The position numbers and the translations under genes are program-made. A model generated the notes under the pieces. That model ran no database searches, was not told where the DNA came from, and saw only the letters and a list, made by a program, of their open reading frames with translations. This document shows positions 27,034 to 37,444 of a stretch of 64,000 nucleotides of DNA, one piece after another. Positions within the stretch are counted from its first letter, which is position 1; each line of letters starts with the position of its first letter. The stretch is from assembly GCA_963843705.1 (NCBI GenBank), contig CAWJLQ010000011.1:163946-227945 (forward strand). Reading direction: 5' to 3'. Source of the stretch: an uncultured Actinomycetes bacterium (lineage in GTDB: Bacteria > Actinomycetota > Thermoleophilia > Gaiellales > JAICJC01).

Positions 27034-27087
27034 GCCCCCAGTCTGCCCGAGGGACCGTCGCGTGTCTGTCGAGGGGCGCTACAAGAG

Positions 27088-27132
27088 CGTGCCGAGACTG
27101 CAAACGCCACATGCACCACACGACAAGTGACG
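27088..27132. repeat. 45-bp direct repeat, copy 1
   Basis: CGTGCCGAGACTGCAAACGCCACATGCACCACACGACAAGTGACG. 37 of 45 positions are identical to copy 2 by hand alignment. Confidence 0.7.
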
Positions 27133-27349
27133 TCCCCCAACGAACGCTCCCCCGCGTCCGGCGCGTCCCGGCGCCGCCCGGCCAGCTCTCCATAGGAGCG
27201 CCGGCCGGCGCCGATCAGGGTCATCCCCAGCCGAACCCGACAACGCCGGTACGGCCACCCACCCGCCGACGCCGGCCGGCGCGCCCAAAGAAGCGCAGGC
27301 CGGGCGGCGTCGACGAGCCGCCAGCCACGCCCCGAAGGAGTCACACGAT

Positions 27350-27394
27350 CGTGCCGAACCTGCAAACGCCACATGTACAACGTGACAAATGGCG
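27350..27394. repeat. 45-bp direct repeat, copy 2 (262 bp from copy 1)
   Basis: CGTGCCGAACCTGCAAACGCCACATGTACAACGTGACAAATGGCG. Confidence 0.7.
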
Positions 27395-27731
27395 CGCCCG
27401 CGCGAACCTCCGGTCGGGAGACGGCCGGGGCCGAGTCGCCCAGGAGCCCGATCTGGACGCGCTCCGCGGCGGAGAGGTGCGGAGCGGCGACCGGAACGAT
27501 GGTGCGCCGTAGCGCTGGAGCCAGCGCGGAGCAGCGGCTCCCGTGCGTCCTGGAACGGACGGAGAGTGGGCCCCGCGCGCTGCGACGGGACAGTGCGATT
27601 CGCGGGCTAGGAGCGCGTGGGATTCCGGCCCTGCGACGCGGGGAGGTCGTGGACGCGGTAACGGCATCGTGGCCCGGCCGCCGCGGCCGCCGTGGCCGCC
27701 GCGACCGAGGCGGCGGTCTCGCTCGACCCGC

Positions 27732-28706
27732 CTACGCGTCGCGCTCGATCGCGCCGCGCACGACGGCCCGCAGCGCGGCGGAGTCCAGACCGCCGTCGAG
27801 CGAGTCGAGGTGGGCGAGTGCCTCCTCCGCGTGGCGTCCCGCCACGGTGCGCGCGTCGCGGACGGCGCCCGAGCGGGCGACCCGGGCGAGCGTCGGCAGG
27901 ACGTCCTCGGGCGCGGCGCCGCGGGCGATCACGCCGCCGACGGCCGGGTCGCGGCGCGCGCCGAGGATCAACGGCAGCGTGACCGTGCCGTCGAGCAGGT
28001 CGGTGCCGAGCGGCTTGCCGGTGGTGTCCGGGCGGCCGTCGCAGTCGAGGATGTCGTCGGCGATCTGGAAGGCCAGGCCGAGCGCCGTGGCGAACTCGCC
28101 CAGCCGGTCGACGTCCGGCCCCCGCATGCCGCCGAGCTGCCCGCCCAGCATCGCGGCCGCCGCGAACAGCCGCCCGGTCTTGAGGCGGCAGCGCTCGAGG
28201 TACTGCTCCGGCGTCGTTTCGGGGTCGCCGGCCTGCGCCCGCTGCAGGATCTCGCCCCGGGCCAGCGCCAGGCAGGCGTCGGACAGCAGCGTGACCGCCG
28301 CCATGTCGCCGGTCGCAACGAGCTCGGCGAACGCGCGGGCGAAGAGGTAGTCGCCGGTCGCACGCGCCACCGCCTCGCCGTGCGCCGCCCACACCGTCGG
28401 ACGGGCGCGCCGCAGCCGGGCATGATCGAGCTGGTCGTCGTGCACGAGCGTCGCCATGTGCACCAGCTCGACCGCGCAACCGGCCGCCACCAGCGCCGGC
28501 CGGTCACGGCCGGAGACGGGCGCCGACAGGTAGACGAGCATCGGCCGCAGCCGCTTGCCGCCGGAGCGCAGCGTCTCGGCGCCCGCTCCCGCGACGGCGG
28601 CGCGGCCGGCCCAGTCCACCGCGTCCTCCAGCGACCGCTCGACCGCATCGACGTAGGCCGAGAGGCCCGGGGTGTCCAGCACCTCGGCGACGGCGCCCGC
28701 TGTCAT
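27732..28706 (-). CDS. trans-Polyprenyl diphosphate synthase (menaquinone side chain)
   Basis: Internal ATG at 28706. First and second Asp-rich motifs (LVHDDQLD and QIADDILD). Confidence 0.85.
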   Translation of the reverse strand: MTAGAVAEVLDTPGLSAYVDAVERSLEDAVDWAGRAAVAGAGAETLRSGGKRLRPMLVYLSAPVSGRDRPALVAAGCAVELVHMATLVHDDQLDHARLRRARPTVWAAHGEAVARATGDYLFARAFAELVATGDMAAVTLLSDACLALARGEILQRAQAGDPETTPEQYLERCRLKTGRLFAAAAMLGGQLGGMRGPDVDRLGEFATALGLAFQIADDILDCDGRPDTTGKPLGTDLLDGTVTLPLILGARRDPAVGGVIARGAAPEDVLPTLARVARSGAVRDARTVAGRHAEEALAHLDSLDGGLDSAALRAVVRGAIERDA

Positions 28707-29389
28707 GCCGGGACCGTACCAACATGCAGGGCGACGGCGCCGCCCGAGAGCCGCCGGTAGCGGACGCGTCGCAGGCCGGCCCGGTGCATGATCGCCGCCA
28801 GCTCGTCCGCCGGCGGGAAGCGGTGCACCGACGCGGGCAGGTAGCGGTAGGCGTCGGCGTCGCGGGCCACCAACCGTCCCAGCAGCGGCACGGCGCGGTC
28901 GGTCCACAGGCGCGCGAACGGCGCCGCCCACGCGGGCGGATCTGTCAGCTCCAGGCAGACAACGCGGCCGCCAGGGGAGACGACGCGGGCAAGCTCGCGG
29001 AACCCGAGCAGGGGATCGGCCAGATTGCGCATCCCGAATCCGATCGTGGCAGCGGCGAACGTCGCCTCGGCGAAGGGCAGCGCGAGTGCGTCGCCCCGCA
29101 CCCACTCGACGCGGTCGCTCTTCCGGCGGGCGGCGTCGAGCATTGCGGCGGAGAAGTCGAGGCCGACCACCCGGCCGCCCGGCGACACCGCCCCGAGCAG
29201 GGCGAGCGCCAGGTCACCCGTGCCGCAGCACACGTCGAGCGCGGCATTCCCGTGACCTACGCCGGCGCAGCGCACCGCCAGCGAGCGCCAGCTCCCGTCC
29301 ATGCCGAGGCTCATGATCCGGTTCATCCGGTCGTAGGCGGGCGAGATGCGGTCGAACATCGCCCGCACCTGGTCGGGCGGCAGCGTCAT
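28703..29389 (-). CDS. menG: Demethylmenaquinone methyltransferase (UbiE/MenG)
   Basis: SAM-binding motif DVCCGTGD and the UbiE-type N-terminus MFDRISPAYDRMN. ATGA overlaps at both ends. Confidence 0.85.
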   Translation of the reverse strand: MTLPPDQVRAMFDRISPAYDRMNRIMSLGMDGSWRSLAVRCAGVGHGNAALDVCCGTGDLALALLGAVSPGGRVVGLDFSAAMLDAARRKSDRVEWVRGDALALPFAEATFAAATIGFGMRNLADPLLGFRELARVVSPGGRVVCLELTDPPAWAAPFARLWTDRAVPLLGRLVARDADAYRYLPASVHRFPPADELAAIMHRAGLRRVRYRRLSGGAVALHVGTVPA

Positions 29390-29979
29390 CCCGACCCCCA
29401 TGGGCGCACGAGACGCGCCTCGGTCCCCGCGGCCCGCAGCACGCGGTCGGCGACGAAGTCGACCAGGTCGGCGACCGTCTCCGGCAGCCGGTAGAAGCCG
29501 GGCATCGCCGGCACGACCGCGGCGCCGGCCCGCTTCAGCCGCAGCATGTTCTCCAGGTGGATCTCCGAGAGCGGCGTCTCCCGCGGAACGAGCACCAGCC
29601 GCCGGCCTTCCTTCAGCTGCACCGCCGCGGCGCGGTGGATCAGGTTCGACTCGACGCCGGCGGCGATGCTGCCGACGGTGGCCATCGAGCACGGGCAAAC
29701 GATGACGGCATCAGTCGGGGCGCTGCCCGACGCGTACGGCGCCGAGTAGTCCGACTCGGCCCACACGCGGACAGCCCCGCCGCCGTGGTCGGTCACCAGC
29801 CGCTCGAGCGCCCCGTCGGGGTCCATGTCACGGTCGCCGTAGCATTCGAGGGCGATCACCTGCCGGCCGGCGCGCGACGCGCACACGCCCACCTCGGCGC
29901 CCGCATCGGCCAGCCCGCGCAGGACGCGGGCGGCGTAGGGGGCCCCGGACGCACCGGTCAGTCCGAGCATCACCTGCAC
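29386..29979 (-). CDS. ubiX: UbiX-type flavin prenyltransferase
   Basis: Flavoprotein fold with GLTGASGA N-terminus. 197 aa. Confidence 0.85.
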   Translation of the reverse strand: MQVMLGLTGASGAPYAARVLRGLADAGAEVGVCASRAGRQVIALECYGDRDMDPDGALERLVTDHGGGAVRVWAESDYSAPYASGSAPTDAVIVCPCSMATVGSIAAGVESNLIHRAAAVQLKEGRRLVLVPRETPLSEIHLENMLRLKRAGAAVVPAMPGFYRLPETVADLVDFVADRVLRAAGTEARLVRPWGSG

Positions 29980-29988
29980 AACGGCAGA

Positions 29989-30816
29989 CTACTTCTGCAG
30001 CGGCTGCACGGACCCGGTCTTGAGCGACGCCACGACCTGGGCGATGTCCGCAATCTGCGTCGTCCCCAGCACCGTGTAGTCGGGCATGATCCCGGTCGCC
30101 TTGTTGGCTCCGCCGGCCAGCCATGCCTGGAGGCCCTTCTGGTCGGTGCCGAACTTGGCCGAGCCGTGCGACAGGTCGGCCCCAACCGCACCGCCGCCGG
30201 TGCCGAAGTTGTGGCAGCTCGTGCAGCCCGCGCTCGTGATGTCCGCCGCTCCCGGGAGCGCGTTGATCGCCGGCACGCTGGTGACGTTCGACCCGCTGGC
30301 GACGCCCGGCGCGATCGAGCCGGCGATCGTGAGCGCGATCAGGACGGCCGGCACGGTCAGCCCCAGGGCAACACCCCACGGCCGCCGCGAGAGCCGACGG
30401 TCGCGGCCGCGGTCGATGAACGGCCACGCGACCAGGAGCACCATCCAGATGGTGGGGATGATGATCGTGGCCAGGATCAGCTCGGCCGGCGTCTTGAAGA
30501 TCCGCAGGAGCTCGAACAGGAACAGGAAGTACCACTCCGGCCGCGGCTCGGTGGCCTGCACGGCGGGGTTCGCCTTCTGCTCGTAGAGCGCACCGAAGAT
30601 GCCGTTCTGGCCGTTCGGGTGCGCGTGGTTGATCGGGCCGGCGGTCGCGTGCCAGACCACCGCCATGGCCACGATCATCAGCACGATGATCAGGTTGACG
30701 ACGACGTCGTGGAACATCGCGAACGGGTAGAAGGCGTGCCCCTCGTGCGTCTCCGCCGCATGCTCGGTCTCGTAACGGGCGCGGCGGTTGATGACCTTGC
30801 GAGCGGCGACGCTCAC
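29989..30816 (-). CDS. qcrC: Menaquinol:cytochrome c reductase subunit: cytochrome b C-terminal part (subunit IV-like) fused to a monoheme cytochrome c (QcrC-like)
   Basis: Internal GTG at 30816 (GTGA overlap). PEWYFLF motif, then CTSCH heme-binding site and an IMPDY Met ligand. Confidence 0.75.
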   Translation of the reverse strand: MSVAARKVINRRARYETEHAAETHEGHAFYPFAMFHDVVVNLIIVLMIVAMAVVWHATAGPINHAHPNGQNGIFGALYEQKANPAVQATEPRPEWYFLFLFELLRIFKTPAELILATIIIPTIWMVLLVAWPFIDRGRDRRLSRRPWGVALGLTVPAVLIALTIAGSIAPGVASGSNVTSVPAINALPGAADITSAGCTSCHNFGTGGGAVGADLSHGSAKFGTDQKGLQAWLAGGANKATGIMPDYTVLGTTQIADIAQVVASLKTGSVQPLQK

Positions 30817-31571
30817 TCGCCCGCCACCGCCTCGGGCACCGCCCGCGGCGCGGTGGACGGCTGCGGCTGCCGCTCGGGCTCGGGCAGCGGCCGCGACGGC
30901 CACGGCGTGACGCCGAGCTTCACCACGAGCCACATGTGCACGAAGATCAGCGCGATCATCGCCCCGGGTATCAGGAGCATGTGCAGCGCGTAGAACCTGG
31001 AGATCGTCTCGACGCCGAAGACCGGCCCGGCTAACAGGAATTTCGAGATGAACGGGCCCAACACCGGCGCCGTCCCGTTGATGTTGATGGCCACGACCGA
31101 GGCCCAGTAGGCGCGCTCGTCCCAGACGAGCAGGTAGCCCGTGAGCCCCATCATCATGGTCAGGATGAAGATCAGCGACCCCGTCAGCCAGGTCAGCTCG
31201 CGCGGGTACTTGTATGCGCCGTAGAAGAACACGCGGGCCATGTGCAGGAAGAGCAGGATCACCATCACCGAGGCGCCCCACTTGTGCATGCCGCGGATCA
31301 GCCACCCCAGCGTCTGCTGGTCGGTGATGTAGCGGATCGACTGGTACGCCCCGTTCGGCGACGGGTCGTACGTCATGGCGAGCAGCATGCCGGTGGTCGC
31401 CTGCAGGATGAACACCGTGAGCAGCGAGCTGCCGAGCGTGTGGAACCAGCCGGTCGGCGGCACCTTGCGGAACAGGAACTTGCGCACGAGCGTGGCGAAG
31501 CCGGTGCGGTACTCGATCCAGTCCTCGGTCTGGAGGGCGATCTGCTTGGGATCGGGCGCGGGGATCGGCAT
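30813..31571 (-). CDS. qcrB: Cytochrome b6-like subunit (QcrB)
   Basis: Four-helix cytochrome b N-terminal domain motifs (GWLIRGMHKWGAS, RFYALHMLL). Confidence 0.85.
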   Translation of the reverse strand: MPIPAPDPKQIALQTEDWIEYRTGFATLVRKFLFRKVPPTGWFHTLGSSLLTVFILQATTGMLLAMTYDPSPNGAYQSIRYITDQQTLGWLIRGMHKWGASVMVILLFLHMARVFFYGAYKYPRELTWLTGSLIFILTMMMGLTGYLLVWDERAYWASVVAININGTAPVLGPFISKFLLAGPVFGVETISRFYALHMLLIPGAMIALIFVHMWLVVKLGVTPWPSRPLPEPERQPQPSTAPRAVPEAVAGE

Positions 31572-31574
31572 CGG

Positions 31575-32228
31575 CTAGGCCTTCGGCAGCGGCACCGGCC
31601 CAGGCACCGGGCCGTGCGTGTAGGTGACGTGGGGGTAGAGCACGTCCGGGATCCAGCTCGGGCCGGGGGTGTGCGTGGGCTGCCCGGGCATCTTCACCGG
31701 GTAGTAGTGCACCTCGTTGCCGTAGATGTCCGTGCTCCAGCGCTGCGTGATCCAGAGCTCACTGGTGTTCTTGATCTCCCACTGGAAGCGGTCGAGCGAG
31801 CGGATCGGGGGGCCGGCCGTGCGGGCGCCGTTCACGTCGTACTGGCCGCCGTGGCACGGGCAGGCGAAGCCGAGGCTCGTCGCAGCCACCGGGCACCCCA
31901 GGTGCATGCACCGGTTCGAGAACACGACGAACATCGCGTCCTGGGCATGCCAGTCCGTGTTCTTCTTGCCGGTGTAGTGGACGTAGGCCAGCCCGGGGCT
32001 CGTGGCCGGGTTCTTGGCGTCCTCGAGGTAGGTCACCGCGGTGGGCTTGAACCCCGATTCGCCGGTGAACTTGCTCACGTCGCCGAGGAACACCGGCGAG
32101 AAGGTCGTCTCCTTCGTCACCGGAGCGAGCAGGTAGGCGGTCGCGGGGACGCCGATGACGCCGCCGATGACGGCGCCCAACCCGACGCTCGTCAGCGAGA
32201 GGAACTCGCCGCGCGTCGCTTCAGCCAC
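31575..32228 (-). CDS. qcrA: Rieske [2Fe-2S] subunit (QcrA)
   Basis: Motifs CMHLGC and CPCHGG. Confidence 0.85.
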   Translation of the reverse strand: MAEATRGEFLSLTSVGLGAVIGGVIGVPATAYLLAPVTKETTFSPVFLGDVSKFTGESGFKPTAVTYLEDAKNPATSPGLAYVHYTGKKNTDWHAQDAMFVVFSNRCMHLGCPVAATSLGFACPCHGGQYDVNGARTAGPPIRSLDRFQWEIKNTSELWITQRWSTDIYGNEVHYYPVKMPGQPTHTPGPSWIPDVLYPHVTYTHGPVPGPVPLPKA

Positions 32229-32293
32229 CTCGTGCTCTCCTCATAGGTCGTCCGGGCGGCGATTGTACCCTCGCACCCGGCGGAGTGTATCCG

Positions 32294-33805
32294 TCATCCG
32301 TCACCGCGGCCAGAACGTGCGAAACGGCGCAATTTGCCCGCCCGCGCCCCGTCCTCCGACGTCTCGCCGGAGAGCCCGATGCCGTACTCGCCCCACCGGC
32401 TTGTGACACGCTCGCGCACGTCGTCGCTCATACGGATCCGGTCGGGCCAGCCGCGGGTGTAGCCCTCGGCGGGCCCCTTGGCGGTGGCGTCGATGCCGAG
32501 CTTGCCGCCCTGGAACTGCAGTGTGGGCGCGTGGTCGAGATGGTCGAGCGGCCCGTCGGCGAGCACGACGTCACGGGCCGGGTCGACGTTTGCGCCCACC
32601 TGCCACGCCACCTGGGCGTAGTCGTGCACGTCGACGTCGGCGTCCACGACCACGATCCCCTTCGTCAGCGAGAGCAGGCCGGTGCCCCAGATGGCGTGCA
32701 TCACCTTGCGCGCATGGCCGGGGTAGGCCTTGCGGATCGAGACGATGCACAGGTTGTGGAAGGCGCCCGCGACCGGCAGGTCGTAGTCGACCACCTCGGG
32801 CATCGTCATCCGCACAGCCGGCAGGAAGAGGCGCTCGGTGGCCTTGCCCAGCCAGGCGTCCTCCTGCGGCGGCACGCCCACGATGATCGAGGGGTAGGTC
32901 GGGTCGCGCCGCGTCGTCACGGCGGTGACGTGCACGACCGGGAACGGCTCGCGCGGCGTGTAGTAGCCGGTGTGGTCGCCGAACGGCCCCTCGTCGCGCA
33001 GCTCGCCCTTGGCGATGTAGCCCTCGATCACGATCTCGGCCCGGGCCGGCACCTCCAGGTCGACCGTCCTGCACCTCACCAGCTCGACCGGCCGGCCGCG
33101 CAGGAAGCCCGCCAGCATCAGCTCGTCGATGTGCTTGGGCAGGGGCGCCGAGGCGGTGTAGGCGGTGATCGGGTCGACGCCGAGCACGATGGCCACGTCC
33201 ATGCGCTCGCCCATCCCGCGCCAGTCGGCCGCGGCGTCCTTGTGGATCTGCCAGTGCATCGCGGTCGTCGTCGGGTCGAACACCTGCACCCGGTACATGC
33301 CGACGTTGCGCGTGCCGGTGCGCGGATCTTTCGTGATCACCGCGGGCAGGGTGATGTAGGGGCCGCCGTCGCCCGGCCAGCACGTCATCACCGGCAGCGA
33401 CTCGAGCGACGGCGGGTCGAGCACCACCTCCTGGCAGGGGCCGCCGGAGACGCTCTTCGGCCGGGAGTCGGCGATCGACTTCAGCCGCCCCAGCGCGCGC
33501 ACCTTGTCCATCAGCCCCTCGGGCGGCTGCATCTCGAGCACGTCCGAGACCTTCCGGCCGAGATCGTCGAGCGACTCGACGCCGAACGCCATGCACGTGC
33601 GCCGCTCCGTCCCGAACTGGTTGATCAGCAGCGGCATGCGCGACCCGCGCACATTCGTGAAGAGCAGCGCCGGCCCGCCCGCCTTCGTCACGCGGTCGGT
33701 GATCTCGGCGATCTCGAGGTGCGGATCGACCTCGGCCGTCACCTCGGCCAGTTCGCCCTCCCGGCGCAGGTGGTCGATCCAGTCGCGCAGGTCGTCGAAG
33801 GCCAT
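32294..33805 (-). CDS. UbiD family decarboxylase (menaquinone biosynthesis type)
   Basis: 503 aa with a UbiD-type N-terminus (LRDWIDHLRREGEL...PALLF). Confidence 0.85.
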   Translation of the reverse strand: MAFDDLRDWIDHLRREGELAEVTAEVDPHLEIAEITDRVTKAGGPALLFTNVRGSRMPLLINQFGTERRTCMAFGVESLDDLGRKVSDVLEMQPPEGLMDKVRALGRLKSIADSRPKSVSGGPCQEVVLDPPSLESLPVMTCWPGDGGPYITLPAVITKDPRTGTRNVGMYRVQVFDPTTTAMHWQIHKDAAADWRGMGERMDVAIVLGVDPITAYTASAPLPKHIDELMLAGFLRGRPVELVRCRTVDLEVPARAEIVIEGYIAKGELRDEGPFGDHTGYYTPREPFPVVHVTAVTTRRDPTYPSIIVGVPPQEDAWLGKATERLFLPAVRMTMPEVVDYDLPVAGAFHNLCIVSIRKAYPGHARKVMHAIWGTGLLSLTKGIVVVDADVDVHDYAQVAWQVGANVDPARDVVLADGPLDHLDHAPTLQFQGGKLGIDATAKGPAEGYTRGWPDRIRMSDDVRERVTSRWGEYGIGLSGETSEDGARAGKLRRFARSGRGDG

Positions 33806-33814
33806 GGCCGCGCG

Positions 33815-33820
33815 AGTCTA
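33815..33820 (-). promoter_or_regulatory. -10-like TAGACT, 9 nt upstream of the ubiD-like ATG at 33805
   Basis: TAnnnT hexamer in a 49-bp divergent intergenic region. Confidence 0.35.
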
Positions 33821-33854
33821 ACCGCCGGGCTGGTACGAGCGTCACAATCTGGAG

Positions 33855-34751
33855 ATGCGACAGAGATCACTTGCAGGCGCCCAGCGCACCGCCGCCGCGG
33901 CCGCCGTGATGCTGGTGCTGCTTGCGATCGCGGCCAGCGCGACGGCCCGGGGCGGCGGCTCCGGCCCGCCGCCCGGCGCCGGCGTCGTCTCGACGGCCGG
34001 GCACCACGTCGTCGTCGTGGCGACGATCGTGCTGTTCCCGATCGCGGCAGTGCTCGGGCTCGTGATGCTGCTCTACGTCCAGATCATGCGCCGGCGCGAG
34101 CGCGACCCGGAGGTGCTGCGCCGCCGCCGCCAGGCGCGCGTCCTGGCCTTCGGGCTGCTGGGGGTGACGCTCGCGGCGCTGATCTACCACCTCCGCCACC
34201 CCAGCTGGAACCCGCTCCGGTTCCTGCACCTGCGCAACCCGTTCGCGAACCTCGCGACCAGCCATGGCAGGGCGCCGCAGATCCACCAGCCGCACGCGGG
34301 CGGGGGCGCGATCGCCGGCGCGGACTGGACGGCGGCCGCCGTCGCCTGGGTGCTGCTCGTACTCGTCGGTGTCATCGCCTACAGGCGCGTCCGCGCCCGC
34401 CGCCGGAAGCTGGAAGCGGTCGCGCTCCCGCAGACCTTCGCGGACGGCGACGAGCCGGGCCTCGACGCCGTCCGCCGCGAGCGCAACCCGCGCCGCGCGG
34501 TGATCGCCGCCTACGCGCTGATGGAGCGGCTGATGGCGCGCGACGGCCTCGCCCGCGGGCCGCACGAGGCGCCCGTGGAGTACCTGGGGCGGGTGACCCT
34601 GCACGGGCACCGCGGCGCGGCCAGCGTGCACCGCCTGACCGGCCTCTTCCAGCGGGCGCGGTTCGGTCACCGGCCGGTGGACGAGGAGATGCGGCAGCGG
34701 GCGATCGCGGCCGTGGAGGAGCTCGACGCCGGGGCGGACGGAACGGCGTGA
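33855..34751 (+). CDS. DUF4129-like membrane protein
   Basis: TM helices plus a C-terminal pattern (EAPVEYL...LTGLFQRARFG) that matches my memory of DUF4129. It sits beside MoxR and DUF58. Confidence 0.6.
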   Translation: MRQRSLAGAQRTAAAAAVMLVLLAIAASATARGGGSGPPPGAGVVSTAGHHVVVVATIVLFPIAAVLGLVMLLYVQIMRRRERDPEVLRRRRQARVLAFGLLGVTLAALIYHLRHPSWNPLRFLHLRNPFANLATSHGRAPQIHQPHAGGGAIAGADWTAAAVAWVLLVLVGVIAYRRVRARRRKLEAVALPQTFADGDEPGLDAVRRERNPRRAVIAAYALMERLMARDGLARGPHEAPVEYLGRVTLHGHRGAASVHRLTGLFQRARFGHRPVDEEMRQRAIAAVEELDAGADGTA

Positions 34752-35181
34752 GCCCGGCACACATCCTGGTGCTGGCGGCGGGCGCGCTCGTGCTCGCCGT
34801 TGCGCTGCCGCGGACGCTGCGCCGGCCCGACGCCCTCGGGCCACGCCGGCGGCGTGCCCGGCTGCGGGGACCGCGACGACGCGCGACGACGCCTGACCTG
34901 GCCTCGCTCGATCGCCTCCTGAGCCTCTCGGTGGCGAGCGCCGAAGACGTGCACGTGCGCCTGCGGCCGCTGGTCACCGACCTCGCCCGCCAGCGGCTGG
35001 CCGACCACGCCGGCGTCCGCCTCGACGCGGACCCGGGGGCCGCCCGCGCGCTGCTCGGCGACGAGGCGTGGGAGCTCGTGCGACCCGACCGCCCACCGCC
35101 GGCCGACCGCCGCGGCCGCGGCCTCCCCCCCGAGCGGCTGCGTGCGATCGTCGAGTCGCTCGAGCGCATCGGAGCGCCAGG

Positions 35182-35185
<4 letters not shown>
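34748..35185 (+). CDS. Hypothetical membrane-anchored protein of the MoxR operon
   Basis: GTG at 34748 (GTGA overlap) with an N-terminal TM helix. High GC3. Confidence 0.4.
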
Positions 35186-36158
<973 letters not shown>

Positions 36159-36162
<4 letters not shown>

Positions 36163-37424
36163 CCGGCGTCCCCGCGGCCAAGCTGCGCGGCTACGCCCTC
36201 CTTGCAGCCGCCCTCCTGTGGGCGGCGATCGTCCTGCACCGGCCCGAGCTCGTGGCCGTCGCGGCGCCCTTCGGCCTCCTGCTCGCGGTCGGGCTGGCCG
36301 CGACGGCGCCGCCCGAGATCGCGGTGAGCGTCGCCGAGGACGAGCTGCGCGCCGTCGAGGGCGACACGGTCACCCTGCACGTCCGCGTGGATGCCGCCGC
36401 CGCCGGGCCGGTCGGGGTCGAGCTGCAGGCCCCCGCGGGGCTGGACGTGGCCGCGCCGGCCCGGGTGCTGCGGCCGCGCGAGGGCGAGCCGGCCGAGCTC
36501 ACGTTCGACGTCGGCTGCACCCGCTGGGGCGGGTTCCTGGCCGGCGGCATGACGCTGCGTACGACCGGCCCGCTCGGCCTCGTCCGCTACGAGCAGGCGG
36601 TCGCGCCCGGCACGCGGGTGCGCGTCTACCCGCATCCCGAGAGCGTCCGCGCCCTGCCGCGGCCGGCCGCCACCCATGCCGGCGCCGGCAACGACGTCAC
36701 CCGCATGCGCGGCGAGGGGCTCGAGTTCGCCGACCTGCGCCCGCACGTCCCCGGCGACCGTCTGCGCCAGGTGAACTGGCGCGTGAGCGCCCGCCGCGGC
36801 CGGCTGCACGTGAACGAGTACCACCCGGAGCGCAACGCCGACGTCGTGCTGTTCCTGGACGCGTTCGCCGACACGCGCCACGCCGCGGGGGGCACCATCG
36901 ACATGACGGTGCGGGCGGCTGCCGCGCTCGCCGGGGCGTACCTGGAGACGCGCGACCGGGTCGGCGTGGTCGGCTTCGGCGGCGTGCTGCGCTGGGTGCT
37001 GCCGTCGACCGGAAACGCCCAGACGTACCGCATCCTCGACTCGCTCATCGACACGCAGGTCATCGCCAGCTACGCCTGGCGCGACGTGGCCGTGATCCCG
37101 GCGCGGACACTGCCGCCGCATGCCCTCGTCGTGGCGATCTCACCGCTCGCCGACGCGCGCATGCTGGAGGCGCTGGCCGACCTCCGCGCCCGCGGCGTCG
37201 ACCTGGCGGTGATCGACGTCTCGCCGATGCCGTTCGTGGAGCCGCCCCGGGGTGAGGTGGGCGCGCTGGCCTACCGCCTGTGGCGGCTGCGGCGCGAGCA
37301 GGTGGGGTCGCGCTACCGGGCGATGGGCGTGCCGGTCGTGGAATGGATGCACGGCCGGCCCGTGGACGAGGTGCTGGCCCAGCTACGGGAGGTGCGGCGA
37401 TACGCCCGAACCGTGCGCATCTAG
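36159..37424 (+). CDS. DUF58 family protein
   Basis: GTG at 36159 (GTGA overlap). Motif EFADLRPHVPGDRLRQVNWRVSAR. Confidence 0.85.
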
Positions 37425-37444
37425 CGGCGCTCGTCGCCGCCCTC

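Noticed and set aside
27088-27394. Possible sigma-54 promoter in the repeat core (TGGCGTTTGCA on the minus strand)
   Set aside because: The GG and GC elements are not separated by the spacing required for TGGCAC-N5-TTGC.
26982-27512. ORFs crossing the 45-bp repeats (26982..27380 minus, 27111..27512 plus, 26354..27193 minus), and short peptides starting VP(N/R)LQTPH at each repeat copy
   Set aside because: They show no coherent coding signal. The similar peptides simply reflect the DNA repeat. One copy would encode only 13 residues.
27395-27731. Known housekeeping RNA (RNase P RNA, SRP RNA, tmRNA, 6S) or a riboswitch in the orphan region
   Set aside because: I could not find their signature motifs, for example GGAAAGTCC for RNase P or the SRP GGAA tetraloop helix. 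Without a covariance-model scan this stays open, and it is reported only as an orphan region.
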